From Oopsacas minuta (lineage: Eukaryota > Animalia > Porifera): 64,000 bases of DNA. A model generated the notes under the pieces. That model was not told the DNA's origin, did not search any database, and saw only the letters and a program-made list of their open reading frames with translations. A program made the position numbers and the translations under genes. Positions 60,897 through 64,000 of the stretch are shown here, in pieces (the first letter of the stretch is position 1; the number at the start of each line of letters is the position of its first letter). Where the stretch lies: assembly GCA_024704765.1 (NCBI GenBank), contig JAKMXF010000330.1:1-64000 (forward strand), in the 5' to 3' direction.

Positions 60897-62639
60897 CTGT
60901 TCATATTAATCAAAATTATGATACAATCTGGAGAGTAAGTAGAAAATACCAGCAAAACAACAAGTACTTGCAAATCTTGAAATTATCTACTATTGAAAAA
61001 ATATACTATAATTTCTCATACAGCACAGAAAGAATTTTTGTACATTGAATTACAGTAAAAATTGACAAAATAATTAAGCAAGAAACATGTCTATAGATTC
61101 TTGTCACCTTGTAATCATTTTGTGCGTGTGCTTATTACTGTAAGTGACTATTAGTCACAGTAGCAGACAAAAATGATACATAAACATAATATTGAAATAT
61201 ATCTATGATAGATTACGTATACTCATATAGTTTTAGATCTCGGCTAACCGGGGAAAACTATAACCAAATTCCGGCAAAGAAATATTTCAAAACTGGCAGC
61301 CAGGGACGAAAAATGCATCAGGGCTGCAAACCCTACTACAATTAATACCGACAAACCAGATGAACAGATAATATCACACATATATATACCAATTGTAAAA
61401 ACATGAAGTATGCATGTTATAAGCCATTAACCGAATATGGCCGAGAAAAATGTGTGATTTTATGACGTCAATAAGGTGCTGAAATCTCGATTTGAGTGCG
61501 GGAATTGGTTAAAACGAAGTGGTAAAATTAACGTGTTTCTTTTTCTTACGAACGTAACACTTCGGCCGTAATCGGTTAATTCACATAAGAACTCTTCCAT
61601 TATTTTGGAAAAATCACTTTTGTCCATCATTATTATCAAATGACTATTCTCGAGGATTTGGGCCAAAACCCTCTGGTATCCTAGATTAAATGGAGAAGTT
61701 GTTTGGGATAAGTAGAGCTTCTCCAAAGGTATAAGTTTACTGTGTTGGGAAGAGAGTGAAAAGAGATCTTTTTCAATTGACTAGTGGCTCGGGGGCCCCT
61801 AGGCGGTGCCTACTTTGCCTATAATCCGCCACTGACTACACCATACTATTGATCATGATTGTCTCATATCTGTTTCGTCAGAAGACTACAGGCCTGTAAA
61901 TTTCAGTGATAATAACTTTTGGCTACTATATGTGTCATGTAGTAGTCTCAGTAATAATTAACTAGCTTATCAACATATTAGAATGTACTAGTGATAGTTT
62001 ATATATTTTGTATATGTACAATTGCACATACAGATATATATATATATATACATAGTATTCAAACTTGCTTATGCCACATGGCCATGGGGTGTTGTGCAAT
62101 TGTTGTGCATGCTTGGTGCATTAAAATAATCAAAAACACTGGAGAATTCTGATTCCACCATGTTATAAATTTTCCAGATGTTAACTTCTAAGTTCTAAGC
62201 CAAGTCTGTATACATAATGCCCAAAAAGTTGCCAAAAGGTCATTTAGAAAAGAATTCTCTTACTTTCAGAGGTAAATTTCTTGATCTAATAGGAAAATTG
62301 ACATGAGAGCTGTTGCTAATAGGCAAACACCACTATAGCTAAAATTATGAAATGCTTAAATTCAGAAGTTGCAGACGTATGAGGATAATTAAAGATCAAT
62401 GGCATGGTATAGAATGCTTTATGCTATAGTACAAATGCGCACAGTGGCGTCGGAAGCTCACCAAAAATGGAGCCGCCATGGCCGCCCAAGTAGCTGCAGT
62501 TTCGACACCTATGACATGTACATAAATGTAATATTCCCCTTGATTGAATATACGTACTGATACTTCCAAATATTAAAAGAATAAAAATACGTAATAAAAT
62601 ACTATAAATACATAAAACAACTAACTGTGCATTATTCCA

Positions 62640-63995
62640 TTAAACAAAGCTAGTTGTGGTTTTAATGAAACACTTCATAAGCTGTTTGTTACCGTTATTA
62701 CCGATTATAAGAGAACCGTTCAAGTCTGCTGCAATTCCGGTAGGTTCTGAGAACTTGGTGATGTCATTTCCCAGAGAGTGTTGTGTGTATGAATTCTCTG
62801 GGAGATAATACACAACTAGAGAGTTCCCTATCTCATCGGCTATTATAACATTATTTTCTCCATCTAGCGTGAAAAATGCTGGGTCTTTAAGAAGCAAGGG
62901 CTGAGATCTATCCACCAGATGACGTAATAACGTACCTGTTAAGTCAAAAAGGTGCAGGAACGGACTCTTGCTATCTAACACAATTAATGTATCAGAATTT
63001 ACCAAAACATCCTTCGGACCATGGATATCATCGTGAGAAAAATAAGATTTTAGTTCCAAATCAAGACCATATACTTTAATTCTGCTATTGCCAAGATCAG
63101 CTACAAATATTTTCTCTTTAGATTCACTTATCGCAATTCCTTTCGGGCACCAGAATTCCTGTGCACCTGAACCATTGCTACCTATCTTTTTAACTAATTT
63201 ACCAGATAAATTGTAGGATAGCAGAGTGTGTGCCATCCAGTCTGTAACATACACAAAGTTACCGGACACAGATACACCCATGGGACACTTTAGATCAGCC
63301 TTATCTCCAACCTTCTTAACGTAACTCTCATTAGAGAATATGTGGATACACGAGTTGTTACCGTCTGCTACAAACATGCTTCCTTCCTTATCGAGGAAGA
63401 TACCATTAATCCAGAGCAGGGGTTCAGGAACCGGGATAGTAGGACCCAGTACGAGCTCTCCAGTCTCGTACTTTGAGCCCAAATGCAGACTAGCAAAACT
63501 CTCAATCAATTCTCTACCTGACGTCATAGACTTGTTGATTTTAAATGATACATCACCAAAGTTTGGTACTTTAAAAGTCGCGAGGTCACATGCCATCTTC
63601 TCCAGCTTAACTTGTAAAGTATCGTATGAGCTGTAGAGATGTTTCCCTGAACAGAAATGATAAGCTAGCTCTGTGTAGTTATATACACGTTGATGTATGT
63701 CTGTAAGATTCTGTACACTACTGATACAAGCATTTAGTTCTTCGAGATTAGCTTCAAATTTATCTCCTATCTTAGAGAGTGTGTCATCACGTACTATCTC
63801 TATCTCAGTAAGTAGACTGTTGTAGAAGCTTCCTACCCTCTCAAGCACTTCATCTTTAGTACGCATTATTCTAGAAAATTCTTTTGTGAGAGAAGCGATC
63901 AGGTGATTAGATTGGGAACAAGTTTTCTGTCCTTTCTTGATAGATTTATTCAGCACTCCTTTTGATGTAGCTAGTATGTCTTGTGTTGTATACAT
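62640..63995 (-). CDS. Coiled-coil + NHL-repeat (TRIM-NHL-like) protein; may extend 5' beyond the window
   Basis: NHL blades (LKCPMGVSVSGNFVYVTDW, FWCPKGIAISESKEKIFVADLGNSRIKVY, FSEPTGIAAD) after a coiled-coil region; frame is open to the window edge. Confidence 0.85.
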   Translation of the reverse strand: MYTTQDILATSKGVLNKSIKKGQKTCSQSNHLIASLTKEFSRIMRTKDEVLERVGSFYNSLLTEIEIVRDDTLSKIGDKFEANLEELNACISSVQNLTDIHQRVYNYTELAYHFCSGKHLYSSYDTLQVKLEKMACDLATFKVPNFGDVSFKINKSMTSGRELIESFASLHLGSKYETGELVLGPTIPVPEPLLWINGIFLDKEGSMFVADGNNSCIHIFSNESYVKKVGDKADLKCPMGVSVSGNFVYVTDWMAHTLLSYNLSGKLVKKIGSNGSGAQEFWCPKGIAISESKEKIFVADLGNSRIKVYGLDLELKSYFSHDDIHGPKDVLVNSDTLIVLDSKSPFLHLFDLTGTLLRHLVDRSQPLLLKDPAFFTLDGENNVIIADEIGNSLVVYYLPENSYTQHSLGNDITKFSEPTGIAADLNGSLIIGNNGNKQLMKCFIKTTTSFV

Positions 63996-64000
63996 GAGAT

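Noticed and set aside
1-64000. CRISPR arrays, rRNA, tRNA or prokaryotic operons
   Set aside because: No repeat-spacer array or RNA-gene motif seen; genes have spliceosomal introns.

Overview
AT-rich eukaryotic (animal) genomic DNA with GT-AG introns. The compact, intron-poor layout and NHL-repeat genes suggest an early-branching metazoan, possibly a glass sponge such as Oopsacas (inference, not verified). Host genes are almost all on the minus strand: BAG1-like, USP12/46-like (5 exons), V-ATPase c subunit, a short TOPORS-like RING protein, DBF4, PIERCE1-like, an 8-exon ABL kinase, a decayed TMC-like gene, a 3-exon NAP1-like gene, an SNX5/6-like sorting nexin and an NHL-repeat protein. Plus-strand genes are a divergent Maf-like bZIP, fucose mutarotase nested in an ABL intron, and two ETS paralogues nested in an 11-kb NAP1 intron. 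A 300-aa orphan ORF lies in ABL intron 1. Mobile DNA includes a dead hAT transposon, a gap-interrupted Chapaev3-like element, many TA-flanked and 8-bp-TSD MITEs and two large foldbacks. Main leads: (1) the orphan ORF may be an alternative first exon giving ABL a novel 291-aa N-terminus; (2) acceptor-like AG sites just upstream of most start codons in same-strand gene runs suggest spliced-leader trans-splicing or polycistronic expression; (3) nested divergent ETS genes; (4) a TMC-like pseudogene abutting ABL. All family assignments are from remembered motifs, not database searches.
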